Below, one piece after another: positions 28,901-37,021 of a stretch of DNA of 64,000 nucleotides. The position numbers were made by a program, and so were the translations under genes. Source of the DNA: a bacterium (GTDB lineage Bacteria; Electryoneota; JAOADG01); assembly GCA_026417415.1 (NCBI GenBank), contig JAOADG010000008.1, positions 449,349-513,348 on the forward strand, in the 5' to 3' direction. Numbering within the stretch: position 1 is the stretch's first letter; each line of letters starts with the position of its first letter. Under the pieces are notes generated by a model. The model was not told where the DNA came from and ran no database searches. It saw only the letters and a list, made by a program, of their open reading frames with translations.

Positions 28901-30984
28901 CTCAAGATTGCTTCAATATTAACTTTAAGAACACCATTCATTTGTTGTGAACGAAGCGCAAGAAGTTGTTCCAGTTGAGGAGTAGCAAGTAAATCGGTAG
29001 TTCCAATGACAAGGTATTCGGCACCACCATTGGGAGGGGACAAAATGGTATCTGGTGGTATTAACGCCATTTGGTCAGATAAAAAACTCTTCTTGCGACT
29101 ACTTGTAACTGCATAATATTCAGTAGGTTGAGATGGGTTATCTTGAAAATGAATTTTATATCGGATTTGGTTATCGCGCGATAGATAACGTTCGACCGTA
29201 CCATTGATTACTTTTGCTGAACCCCATCGGTAAACATGGATATCAGGAGATGTAAAATTTTCTAAAACAAAATCAAAATACCGATGAATGATGTTTTGAG
29301 TTAAGGGAGTCCCGATTCGTATTTCATCATTATCGGCAATAGGGAAGCGAAGATATTCAATTTGAAACCAATTCAGTGCGATACGATTGGTTGGTGTAGC
29401 ACCTGGCGCATCTCCAGGGCAAAAAACAGACAGTACATTGATACCATGATGAAAATTTCGGTTAAACATTTGTGAGGATGCAGTGGATTCTCCAATTCGT
29501 GCGGTTTGTCCAATCCAATCAAATGCTCCTTGTGGGGTGCGACCAATGTCAAGTGAATAATCTGTTGCATTGTTTAAAATGACAAAGGCATGATGTCGTG
29601 TAAGACCGCCAGTTAGTCCATGTAATGCTACTTTCACTCTAACTGGGGTAAACGATGAAGTATCGGGATAAGGTAAATAAAAATTATAGTCGCGTATTTC
29701 AAAATTATAAATACCAGCATCCCAAAAATAACGATCGGCAATGGGTCTCTCAACTTCTGCTAAACCACCAAAAAAAGGACTTTGTTCATAATGAATTCTC
29801 AAAGGACCAGAAGACACAATCACTAAATTTGTATCCAAAGGATTAGTAATCCGTATTTCACCACTTACCTGAGGAATACGTTGACCATTTCGAGTATTCC
29901 ATGTTAACAAATATGCCTTTTCTATTGTATAACTATTTCCGGATAAATCCGGTGCTTGGATTGTATCTTCTGGTAGTGGCGGTCTTCCAAAGAATTCAAA
30001 TGCATCCCAAGGATCGAAACGTCCATCTTCATCACCTTCAAAAAGAATGGGAATATATTCACCTTCTGAACGTAAAATTAGAGTTGAAGGTTGTATGTTT
30101 GAAATGGGAACACCTAAATTGATCAAATCTTGACCAGTAACACGGTAAACACCAAATTCTTTTACATCGAAACGAACCGCGTAGCCATTATCATCAATGG
30201 TGTGAATTGCAGGGGTTGAAGATAATCCCGTGACAAGATGATGGGGAATCGTAGCGGACAAGGGGCCTACCAGTTGTTCCAACTCGATTCGTTCGGATGG
30301 AGATGCCATTCGACCACTGAGTGCGACGGATTGTGATTTACTATAAATTTCTACTACGAGTTCTTTGATTTGCTGTATCTTGTTCTCTTGGACATTGTAC
30401 CGAATGGGGTGAACTACTATACTAGCAATGGGTATTCCTCGGTACTTTCCGATCAGATGGGTTTGAATAAATGGTGTAGGGATAAATCCAGTTGATGAAA
30501 TTGGATTCGTTTCAATAATACTATCACCAAAAACACTAGGGATATAAGTTAACCTTGGAACTTCAAGTTGTTCTGTTTCAATGGAAACTACGCGGTAATA
30601 AATATCATCGTGGTACCAAACAAACCTTTGGAGGTCAATCGGCAAAAGGTATCCTTCTTCAATTCGTTCATTTTCTAATCCATTTATTCGTAGAAACGGA
30701 GAACCAGAAAAAGTGTCAATTTGCACAGATGGATAATGAAATTGCAAACGTAGAGAACGTTCACTTTGCTGTAAAATACGAACATTTGCTTTTTCTGAAA
30801 TTGGTTTAGAAGTAGATGGTATTTGTGTAAGTTGTTGATTAACTGAAGAGGTTAAAATAATTTTTTGAGCAAAGTCAATTGTCTCAACCCTTTTGTTATT
30901 TGTGTTTGCAAGAGCAATAAGTCCTACAGAAATGGTGATGAAAACGAACCAAACAATTAAACCCTTCTTACGGGAAGAAAACAC
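25936..30984 (-). CDS. C25 (gingipain-family) cysteine peptidase, PorU-like, with CARDB and FlgD-type C-terminal domains
   Basis: YILLLGDG, SDTWY, ISRVPA, catalytic YNGHG and FSC, LLGDPA; ADYENVVNEVSENDN; NFPNPF...WDGRDENGEVVANGVYFY. Confidence 0.85.
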   Translation of the reverse strand: MFSSRKKGLIVWFVFITISVGLIALANTNNKRVETIDFAQKIILTSSVNQQLTQIPSTSKPISEKANVRILQQSERSLRLQFHYPSVQIDTFSGSPFLRINGLENERIEEGYLLPIDLQRFVWYHDDIYYRVVSIETEQLEVPRLTYIPSVFGDSIIETNPISSTGFIPTPFIQTHLIGKYRGIPIASIVVHPIRYNVQENKIQQIKELVVEIYSKSQSVALSGRMASPSERIELEQLVGPLSATIPHHLVTGLSSTPAIHTIDDNGYAVRFDVKEFGVYRVTGQDLINLGVPISNIQPSTLILRSEGEYIPILFEGDEDGRFDPWDAFEFFGRPPLPEDTIQAPDLSGNSYTIEKAYLLTWNTRNGQRIPQVSGEIRITNPLDTNLVIVSSGPLRIHYEQSPFFGGLAEVERPIADRYFWDAGIYNFEIRDYNFYLPYPDTSSFTPVRVKVALHGLTGGLTRHHAFVILNNATDYSLDIGRTPQGAFDWIGQTARIGESTASSQMFNRNFHHGINVLSVFCPGDAPGATPTNRIALNWFQIEYLRFPIADNDEIRIGTPLTQNIIHRYFDFVLENFTSPDIHVYRWGSAKVINGTVERYLSRDNQIRYKIHFQDNPSQPTEYYAVTSSRKKSFLSDQMALIPPDTILSPPNGGAEYLVIGTTDLLATPQLEQLLALRSQQMNGVLKVNIEAILRRFTQGMFHPKGVLEFLRYAVRNWQIPPRYILLLGDGLQRQHRSPRKNGALIPHPMVPVSQIGVVGSDTWYSILDDENDLPDIHISRVPARTQEEAGFYFNKVLELENNPTPDRWQNYITFVTGSGGQNLYTIYNRINRDRLSPYYDFWEMQVENPSLPYYGGTSLLQNLFEKGSALVIYNGHGAGEIWSDGGLFRTRDIANMRNAGKYPLICNFSCFIVAFNGDVQRSSMGEDFVLHPNKGAVGVFGTAGLGYREQMILFQQFMFEQIRRYPNISYGELMTLTKSIYLSRYGNRAMFGPVGNTFYATSLLGDPAFRFKAFENIQQNSSQLFVQVGDSIDIQASLPFNSGNVSFIWYNQNHFSIDNPVWEPIVSIRPIVSNSFSTRIRVPSGISTNGLTLRGFYQSNHQTAVRGATSFYIQSAASSGFIDSVTTDPNPLLSDTTFKFYVKLIDSDGIRTLQGIIRKFFLDDSILSIDTIQLSRSFIRGPFWYESSLQPALLPSMRLRTNWRWIDSLGNVRQPNQDYDFYAYPGRPNLVVPNQVHWRATDSLFVRFTVTNNSPLQVPPTLLRVAIIKQISDTITVEFLSVPSIPPYTAQSVYYPFQYPPGQYKFSYYADYENVVNEVSENDNYNLATSNNVYWWITATEGDRGFSYNPTSRVSVSIPPNSIQKPSTVLSVTYSDTLHSRLQTLNKFAIFGRNPSNVFNGGGIVFLQIDTTAYLNRVIIHMQADTILGNRTKIHSRHFTNLWKMLNSTVDNQGIHLYDGPPYQQFSLMDNQDRTAPKFDFTVEGQIFSDGGYIRSGARLSASVYDNGGLDLSQQGSVYVVVDGDTLPSNELLLPISNQVSQNSSIVVTKRFSTGRHWAKLIVTDLASNTATDSINFLVANQFRLEWFGNFPNPFQKTTTFFYSLTDQTTEPVEIKIYTVSGKKIRTLRETDPQVINYREITWDGRDENGEVVANGVYFYRLTAKSNNQVIEKKGKLAKLR

Positions 30985-31140
30985 GTACTGCCTCCCAAAC
31001 GTTATTTATAAAACACAATTCCCTTTGATAATGGAAATTGGAATAGAAAAAATTGATAAGTAAATTCCGTGCAAAATACTTGTAAGATTACAATTTGTCA
31101 AGTTAACAGAATTTCTTTGCTACTTCAACATTCTATTGTG

Positions 31141-32127
31141 ATGGATAACACATTCTTTACTCTTAGAAAGTTTCTTTCTTTCGCTTTTGCAATTTTCGCA
31201 AGTATCCTTGCATTATGGCTAACATTCTATGGAGTAGATTGGAATGAGTTAATTTACAACATTGCGAAAATTCAGATTCCTACACTTATCTATCTCAGTT
31301 TACTGAATGGATTTTTTATAGTACTACGTGCTTTTCGATGGCAAATCCTTCTACGAAGGATTAAGAATATTCCACTCTTTACAGTTTTACAAATTTCACA
31401 AGTTGGTGCATTTCTAAATAATGTTTTACCTCTAAGAATAGGGGAAGTAATTCGTGCAATTGTGCTAAAAAAAAGGTATCAATTGTCCGGAGCTGAAGTA
31501 ATTGGAAACATCATCTTAGAAAGGATGCTTGATTTAATTGCCATCGTATTTTTAATCTACTTCGTTCTGATTACCAATACTATTCCGATTAAGTTCAATG
31601 CAACCATTCAGTATGCAATGAAAATTGTAGGATTCGGTATAGGCGGAATTTTAGTAATTGCGATGTTTATGAAAGTGAAATTGAAAAAAAATACAGAATT
31701 AGCCGTTGGTTGGAAAGGGCTTTTATTTAGGGTATCCAATGGTATTAATGGTTTGTATGATTGGAAAACTTCGTTACCTGCTTTTGGGTTTTCTTTAGCC
31801 ATGTGGATAACCAGTGCAACCACGATACTACTTTTTTCACCACTTAGTCACGGAAGTATTAATCTGTTAAATGCATTGGTTGTTACCATTTTAATCGCTA
31901 TAGGAGTTACTATACCTGCTGCTCCTGGTTTTGTAGGTACCTACCATTTGTTTTGCAAGATTGGATTGGTTGCATTCGGTGTAGATCCAGAATATGCTGT
32001 TGCAATTGCTGTAGTGACACATTTTATGAGTTTCTTTTGGAACAATGTGATTGGATTTATTTCAATGTTTTTATTAAAAATCAGTTGGCAGGATATCAAC
32101 ATTTTTCGAAAAGAGAGTGATCTATAA
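31141..32127 (+). CDS. Lysylphosphatidylglycerol synthase TM-domain (flippase-like) protein
   Basis: LRAFRWQILL, NNVLPLRIGEVIR, ERMLD, PAAPGFVGTYH. ATG 31141 preferred over 31069. Confidence 0.85.
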   Translation: MDNTFFTLRKFLSFAFAIFASILALWLTFYGVDWNELIYNIAKIQIPTLIYLSLLNGFFIVLRAFRWQILLRRIKNIPLFTVLQISQVGAFLNNVLPLRIGEVIRAIVLKKRYQLSGAEVIGNIILERMLDLIAIVFLIYFVLITNTIPIKFNATIQYAMKIVGFGIGGILVIAMFMKVKLKKNTELAVGWKGLLFRVSNGINGLYDWKTSLPAFGFSLAMWITSATTILLFSPLSHGSINLLNALVVTILIAIGVTIPAAPGFVGTYHLFCKIGLVAFGVDPEYAVAIAVVTHFMSFFWNNVIGFISMFLLKISWQDINIFRKESDL

Positions 32128-32139
32128 TCAAATTCCTGT

Positions 32140-33747
32140 TTAATTTTGTATTAAAGAATCTAATCGCATAATCACTGATCTGAGAATATGTCGTGTCCAA
32201 GTTGGGTTGTGTATTCCTAATGAGCCATCCTTGCTGAAAAACCAATACATCCATCTACCTTGTCTAAATTCAAAACTTAAAGTGTCCCCTTCATTTTTTA
32301 AGAATTCAAGTTGGTGATTTAGGATAGATAAAGAATCTTGAAACGGTTGTTGTCGCTCAACAATAAACTCTGTTGTGGCTTGTGGATGGCAAGATTTACA
32401 AGTTAGATAATTTGGTCGAAATTGGTGGTTGGTGAATGCTATAGATCCATAACTCCAAGGTGTTGAATATAAATGACAAACTGAACATTGATTAGACCAT
32501 TCAGAATGTTCGGTATTGCTGGGTAAATTGAAAAACTCATGACCAAAAATTGCTTGTATATTGTTGGATAAAAGATCATTTTGTGGATGATAGGGAATTT
32601 GATAAGCAGTGGGTGTTCCATCAATATTGGATTGATGACATTGATTACAAAGCACATCTGGAGAATGACGTAAATCTTTCCATTGGTGAAGAGAATGATT
32701 ATGAGGAGTATGACAAGTAGCACATCCTATACCATCAAAACGTGTGGAATCAGTTGGATACTCAAGATTCAAATTGTATTTAAGTTTTTTAATACTCTCC
32801 GTATAAATATGACATCCCACACATTGATTTCTTTCTACGATAGGTAATGTATGGAGAATGTGTGAAACCGAAGCAGAACGCGCGTGCCCACTTCCTAACC
32901 ATTCAGTATAAATTGATAAATGACTCTGTGAATGACAATTTCCACAAGATTGAATTGCTAATTTTGAATCAATAAAACCTTGATGAACTTGGTGGGTAAT
33001 AAAAGATACTCCATAAAATTCGGATGGTCCATGGCAACTTTCGCATTGAACATGGTCAAAACGTTCAATAGGTCGCTCATCATAACCACCATTTGAATAG
33101 TTTAATTCGTAACCTGTTGTATGACACGAATTGCAATGGGTCAGCCAATTCGAATTGAAAATTCGTCTATTCCCTGTAGTCGCATGTGCCGTTTGTTGCC
33201 ACGATTGTACAAATATACTATGACAACGATTGCAGGAAGCATCTGTACCTAAATAAGCGGGATGATGATCGATCGTGTATTGAGCAATTCGTACTATTTT
33301 TATTATGGAATCCGTTTGATTTCTGGTAGTAGCACGACAAACAATTTTCCAATAGGAATCTATACAATCAGGTACAATCGTTTGTATTGTGTCTATTGAA
33401 ATTTGTATTCGCCTATTCAGATTATAAAAAATGCTATCTGTAGGTCGTTTTATGAAAAATTCGTATTCATAATACACTGTATCGGATACAATTGATTGTA
33501 CGATTGTAGTAACGGTGATAGGTGTTCCTGCAGCAACTGTGGGTGAAGAAAACCGAATATCAATAAGTTTAAATGAATGTATCGTATTTTTATCATCATG
33601 ATTTATACAACCAATAAAATTGAGTAACATCAAGAATATGAACACAAAGAAAAATAAAAAACAAACAAAATGTATTATGAGGGAATTATGAAATCTGAAA
33701 CGACTTTGTTCCGATTGAACGATGAACTTCAAGTGATAACGCGCCAT
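32140..33747 (-). CDS. Multiheme (9 CXXCH) cytochrome c, probable lipoprotein
   Basis: CNRCH, CNSCH, CESCH, CGNCH, CVGCH, CATCH, CNQCH, CSVCH, CKSCH; C-terminal DGSLGIHNP; lipobox FIGC. Start uncertain. Confidence 0.88.
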   Translation of the reverse strand: MARYHLKFIVQSEQSRFRFHNSLIIHFVCFLFFFVFIFLMLLNFIGCINHDDKNTIHSFKLIDIRFSSPTVAAGTPITVTTIVQSIVSDTVYYEYEFFIKRPTDSIFYNLNRRIQISIDTIQTIVPDCIDSYWKIVCRATTRNQTDSIIKIVRIAQYTIDHHPAYLGTDASCNRCHSIFVQSWQQTAHATTGNRRIFNSNWLTHCNSCHTTGYELNYSNGGYDERPIERFDHVQCESCHGPSEFYGVSFITHQVHQGFIDSKLAIQSCGNCHSQSHLSIYTEWLGSGHARSASVSHILHTLPIVERNQCVGCHIYTESIKKLKYNLNLEYPTDSTRFDGIGCATCHTPHNHSLHQWKDLRHSPDVLCNQCHQSNIDGTPTAYQIPYHPQNDLLSNNIQAIFGHEFFNLPSNTEHSEWSNQCSVCHLYSTPWSYGSIAFTNHQFRPNYLTCKSCHPQATTEFIVERQQPFQDSLSILNHQLEFLKNEGDTLSFEFRQGRWMYWFFSKDGSLGIHNPTWTRHILRSVIMRLDSLIQN

Positions 33748-34101
33748 ATTTGCCTGACAAAAGATATTGGGGTGGATGATAATCTTTTTGGTGGTGTGAT
33801 GTTAAGTTGGATTGATGAAGCCGCTGTCATTTATGCGATGTTGGTTACAAAATCGAATCGTTTGGTTACTCGTGTATTCAACAATGCAGAGTTCCAACAA
33901 CCTGTAAAAGTTGGTGATGTGGTTGAGTTTTTAGCTAATGGATATAAAATCGGTAAAACTAGTATCACAGTTAGTTTGCGGGTGGTGATTTTGGATGTAC
34001 AAAGTGAACAAAGATATGAAGCACATTCCGTAGATGTGACTTTGGTTCAAATTGATCGAAATCGGAAACCATTAGAAATAAAAATTCATTCAAAACCATG
34101 A
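33688..34101 (+). CDS. Acyl-CoA thioesterase (hotdog fold)
   Basis: NLFGGVMLSWIDEAA, FQQPVKVGD, IGKTSITV; ATG 33688 after GAGGGA. Confidence 0.85.
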   Translation: MKSETTLFRLNDELQVITRHICLTKDIGVDDNLFGGVMLSWIDEAAVIYAMLVTKSNRLVTRVFNNAEFQQPVKVGDVVEFLANGYKIGKTSITVSLRVVILDVQSEQRYEAHSVDVTLVQIDRNRKPLEIKIHSKP

Positions 34102-34102
34102 C

Positions 34103-35323
34103 TTACAATGGATAAGTATGATTATTGGTGACAACCACAATGCCATTGTGGGAAACGAAATACTTTTTTCTATCTTCCTCTTCGTTATATCCAATTTCGG
34201 TATTTGGTGGGATTTCTACACCTTCTTCAATGATGGTTCTTCTAATGCGAGAATATCTTCCCACATCAACCCCCTTTAGTAAAATAGAATTCGTCACTTC
34301 AGACCAGGAATGAATAAAACAATTGGGGGATAAAATACTTTTTTTAACACTACCACCACTAATGATACAACCTGGTGAAATTAAAGAATCAACTGCACTT
34401 CCTCTTCTATCATCATCATCAAACACTGTCTTTGCTGGTGGTAACGAGCTGATCGGTTCTGTGTAAATTGGCCAGCTTGTATCATAAAGGTTAAACAAGG
34501 GATCGACATCCACCAAATCCATATTTGCTGAAAAATACTGATCAATTGAACTTATATCACGCCAATACAGTATCTCTTTTTTATTCTCATCTTGAAATGG
34601 ATAAGCAAATACTCGTAGCCCTTTTGAAAGCATTTGTGGAATGATATCACGACAAAAATCATGGGTTGAAGATGAATCTTGATGATCTTCGTTGACTAAA
34701 TTGATCAATTCATTGGTACGAAAGCAATAGATTTCTGTTGAAATCATGGTTTGTTTAGAATAGTCAATTGGAAAAAGATCATATGAAGTTTTATCGCATA
34801 CACCAACTACACGAAGATTGTGATCAACTGTTAAATAGTGATATTCACCTTCAACGGAAAAAGGTAATGGGATGACCGTAACAGTTAGATCAGCACCATT
34901 TTGTTCATGGTAATCAATTAATTTCCGATAATCCATTTTGTAAATATGATCACCTGAAAGAATTAAAACACGCTCAGGATTCTCTTGTTCAATTAAAAAT
35001 AAATTTTGATAGATAGCATCTGCTGTACCAACGTACCAATGATCATCAAGCAAACCTTGTGGCGGAACCAATTCAACAAATAAACCACTGTTCATTAAAG
35101 TTGTTGGCCAAATTTTCCGAATATGTCGTTCTAATGGCAAAGAAGCATATTGGGTTAAAACATGTACATTTTGTAATCCACTATGAAGGCAATTAGAGAT
35201 AGTAAAATCAATTATTGAATAAATTCCACCAAAAGGTACAGAAGGTTTTGCACGGTTTCTTGTCAGAGGGAAAAGCCGTTCTCCTCTGCCACCTGCTAAT
35301 AATAATGTACAAGTATCGATCAT
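34103..35323 (-). CDS. glgC: Glucose-1-phosphate adenylyltransferase family (divergent)
   Basis: LLAGGRGERLFPLT..RAKPSVPFGG, WYVGTADA, LSGDHIYKMDY, YWRD; C-terminal left-handed beta-helix. Confidence 0.85.
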   Translation of the reverse strand: MIDTCTLLLAGGRGERLFPLTRNRAKPSVPFGGIYSIIDFTISNCLHSGLQNVHVLTQYASLPLERHIRKIWPTTLMNSGLFVELVPPQGLLDDHWYVGTADAIYQNLFLIEQENPERVLILSGDHIYKMDYRKLIDYHEQNGADLTVTVIPLPFSVEGEYHYLTVDHNLRVVGVCDKTSYDLFPIDYSKQTMISTEIYCFRTNELINLVNEDHQDSSSTHDFCRDIIPQMLSKGLRVFAYPFQDENKKEILYWRDISSIDQYFSANMDLVDVDPLFNLYDTSWPIYTEPISSLPPAKTVFDDDDRRGSAVDSLISPGCIISGGSVKKSILSPNCFIHSWSEVTNSILLKGVDVGRYSRIRRTIIEEGVEIPPNTEIGYNEEEDRKKYFVSHNGIVVVTNNHTYPL

Positions 35324-35446
35324 AATGATGAGATGAATAGAGACAACAGTGGACTATTTCATAATAAAGAAAATTTTATTTTTTTACAATCGTTTTACTG
35401 TTCCTTTATGCTTTTGTATTTTACTTCATCCATTAATGGAGGAAAA

Positions 35447-36943
35447 ATGAAAAAGGTTTTCATTGTTTTAGTTCTTAATGTTTTCACAGCGTCAGCTGTT
35501 TTCGCTTTAGTGGTTCAAAGTACTATTCCACAAAATGGTACTGCTAATGTTCCGTTGACCACTGTACTTTCAGCAACTTTTTCTACTCCAATTGACCCAA
35601 ATGCGATGTTTCCAAATGGGTACCCTATAAATATAGAGATATTTCATCCAGATTCGATCACGATAATATCCTCTTCGCTGTCTTCAAACAATCAATCAGC
35701 CTACATGAATGTACAACTTAGACCGAACAATGATTATGTCGCTATCATTTTAGGTGCAGTTACTCCGACTGGTGATTCATTGGATATTCCGTATGTATTG
35801 AATTTTTCTACTGCTCCTTCCATGGGGAATCTTCAAGTTTCAGGTACGGTTACAATCAATAATTCTGGTGCATACCGTGCAATTGTGGGTTTATCAAGAA
35901 ATCGTCCTTTTACAGAAGAAGACATGTACATTGCACAAGCTACAGTGGTTCAAAATCAACAAGGGAATTATTCCTTGCCTTATACTAGGCCTGGGATTTA
36001 CTTTCCAGTCGCTGTCATTGATTTAGATGGTGATGGAGTCATCGATCTTGAATCAGGAAATGATTACTTTGGGTTTTATGATAGCAACAATGATGAGATT
36101 CCTGATAGCATTCAAGTGTCTAATACCAATATATCCAATATCAACTTTACTCTTCGTTCAATTTACATGCCGATAACCGCAAGACAAAGATTACAGGTTG
36201 CGAATGCTATAGCACAAACAATGATGCCCAATCCTCAATTGTATTTCTTATATGGATTTGAGGTAGATTCGATAGGTAGAGCAGATGCTTGGGCTTATTA
36301 TTATCAATCTAATTCGGTTAATTACATCGCTGGAGTGTATGTAGCTTATCTCTTTACCAGTGCAGATACCACCTCCGAAAATCCTTTACCGCCGAATATG
36401 TTATCATTACCACAAAATTGGATTGATAGTGACCAAGCCATGTTGATAGCTGAACAGAATGGAGGTGCTTCCTATCGCGTTCAGTATCCAAATACGGAAA
36501 TGTACATGTATGGTGGAAACTTTTATTGGTTGGATTCTGCTTGGCAAAACCGTTTCATTTGGTTAGTTGAATATTATGTACCCGAGATTGATTTATCACT
36601 TGAGATTTACATTGATATGCTAAACGGGCAATTGTTAAGAGTCACAAATACCAATGAGCCACTTCGTACCTCTTTACCCCAAAGCATTGAATTGTCACAA
36701 AATTATCCCAATCCATTCAATCCAGAAACAAACATTTCCTTTACATTACCGAAAGATCATTTCGTAACTTTACAAGTGTACAACATTCAAGGAGAATTGG
36801 TTACAACATTATTGAACCGTAGATTGAATGTAGGAACCCACACAGTCAAATGGAACGCAAGTGGATATCCAAGTGGTACTTATTTCTATCGTTTACAGGT
36901 GGGTAAGCAAGTGATGATGAGAAAAATGACTCTAATGAAATAA
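35447..36943 (+). CDS. Secreted Ig-like (Big_5-like) protein with T9SS-type CTD
   Basis: ATG 35447 after GGAGG; signal peptide; STIPQNGTANVPL..SATFS; DLDGDG Ca-binding-like loop; LSQNYPNPFNPET...SGTYFYRL. Confidence 0.8.
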   Translation: MKKVFIVLVLNVFTASAVFALVVQSTIPQNGTANVPLTTVLSATFSTPIDPNAMFPNGYPINIEIFHPDSITIISSSLSSNNQSAYMNVQLRPNNDYVAIILGAVTPTGDSLDIPYVLNFSTAPSMGNLQVSGTVTINNSGAYRAIVGLSRNRPFTEEDMYIAQATVVQNQQGNYSLPYTRPGIYFPVAVIDLDGDGVIDLESGNDYFGFYDSNNDEIPDSIQVSNTNISNINFTLRSIYMPITARQRLQVANAIAQTMMPNPQLYFLYGFEVDSIGRADAWAYYYQSNSVNYIAGVYVAYLFTSADTTSENPLPPNMLSLPQNWIDSDQAMLIAEQNGGASYRVQYPNTEMYMYGGNFYWLDSAWQNRFIWLVEYYVPEIDLSLEIYIDMLNGQLLRVTNTNEPLRTSLPQSIELSQNYPNPFNPETNISFTLPKDHFVTLQVYNIQGELVTTLLNRRLNVGTHTVKWNASGYPSGTYFYRLQVGKQVMMRKMTLMK

Positions 36944-36953
36944 ACACGCAAAC

Positions 36954-36980
36954 GACACGGGGTAATGAATACCCCGTGTT
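36954..36980 (+). terminator. Hairpin after the CTD-protein gene (weak U-tract)
   Basis: GACACGGGGTA-atgaa-TACCCCGTGTT, 11 nt after the stop. Confidence 0.55.
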
Positions 36981-37021
36981 ACCTTAAAGAATATTTGGTT
37001 GAGTTCTAACTTCTTAATCCT

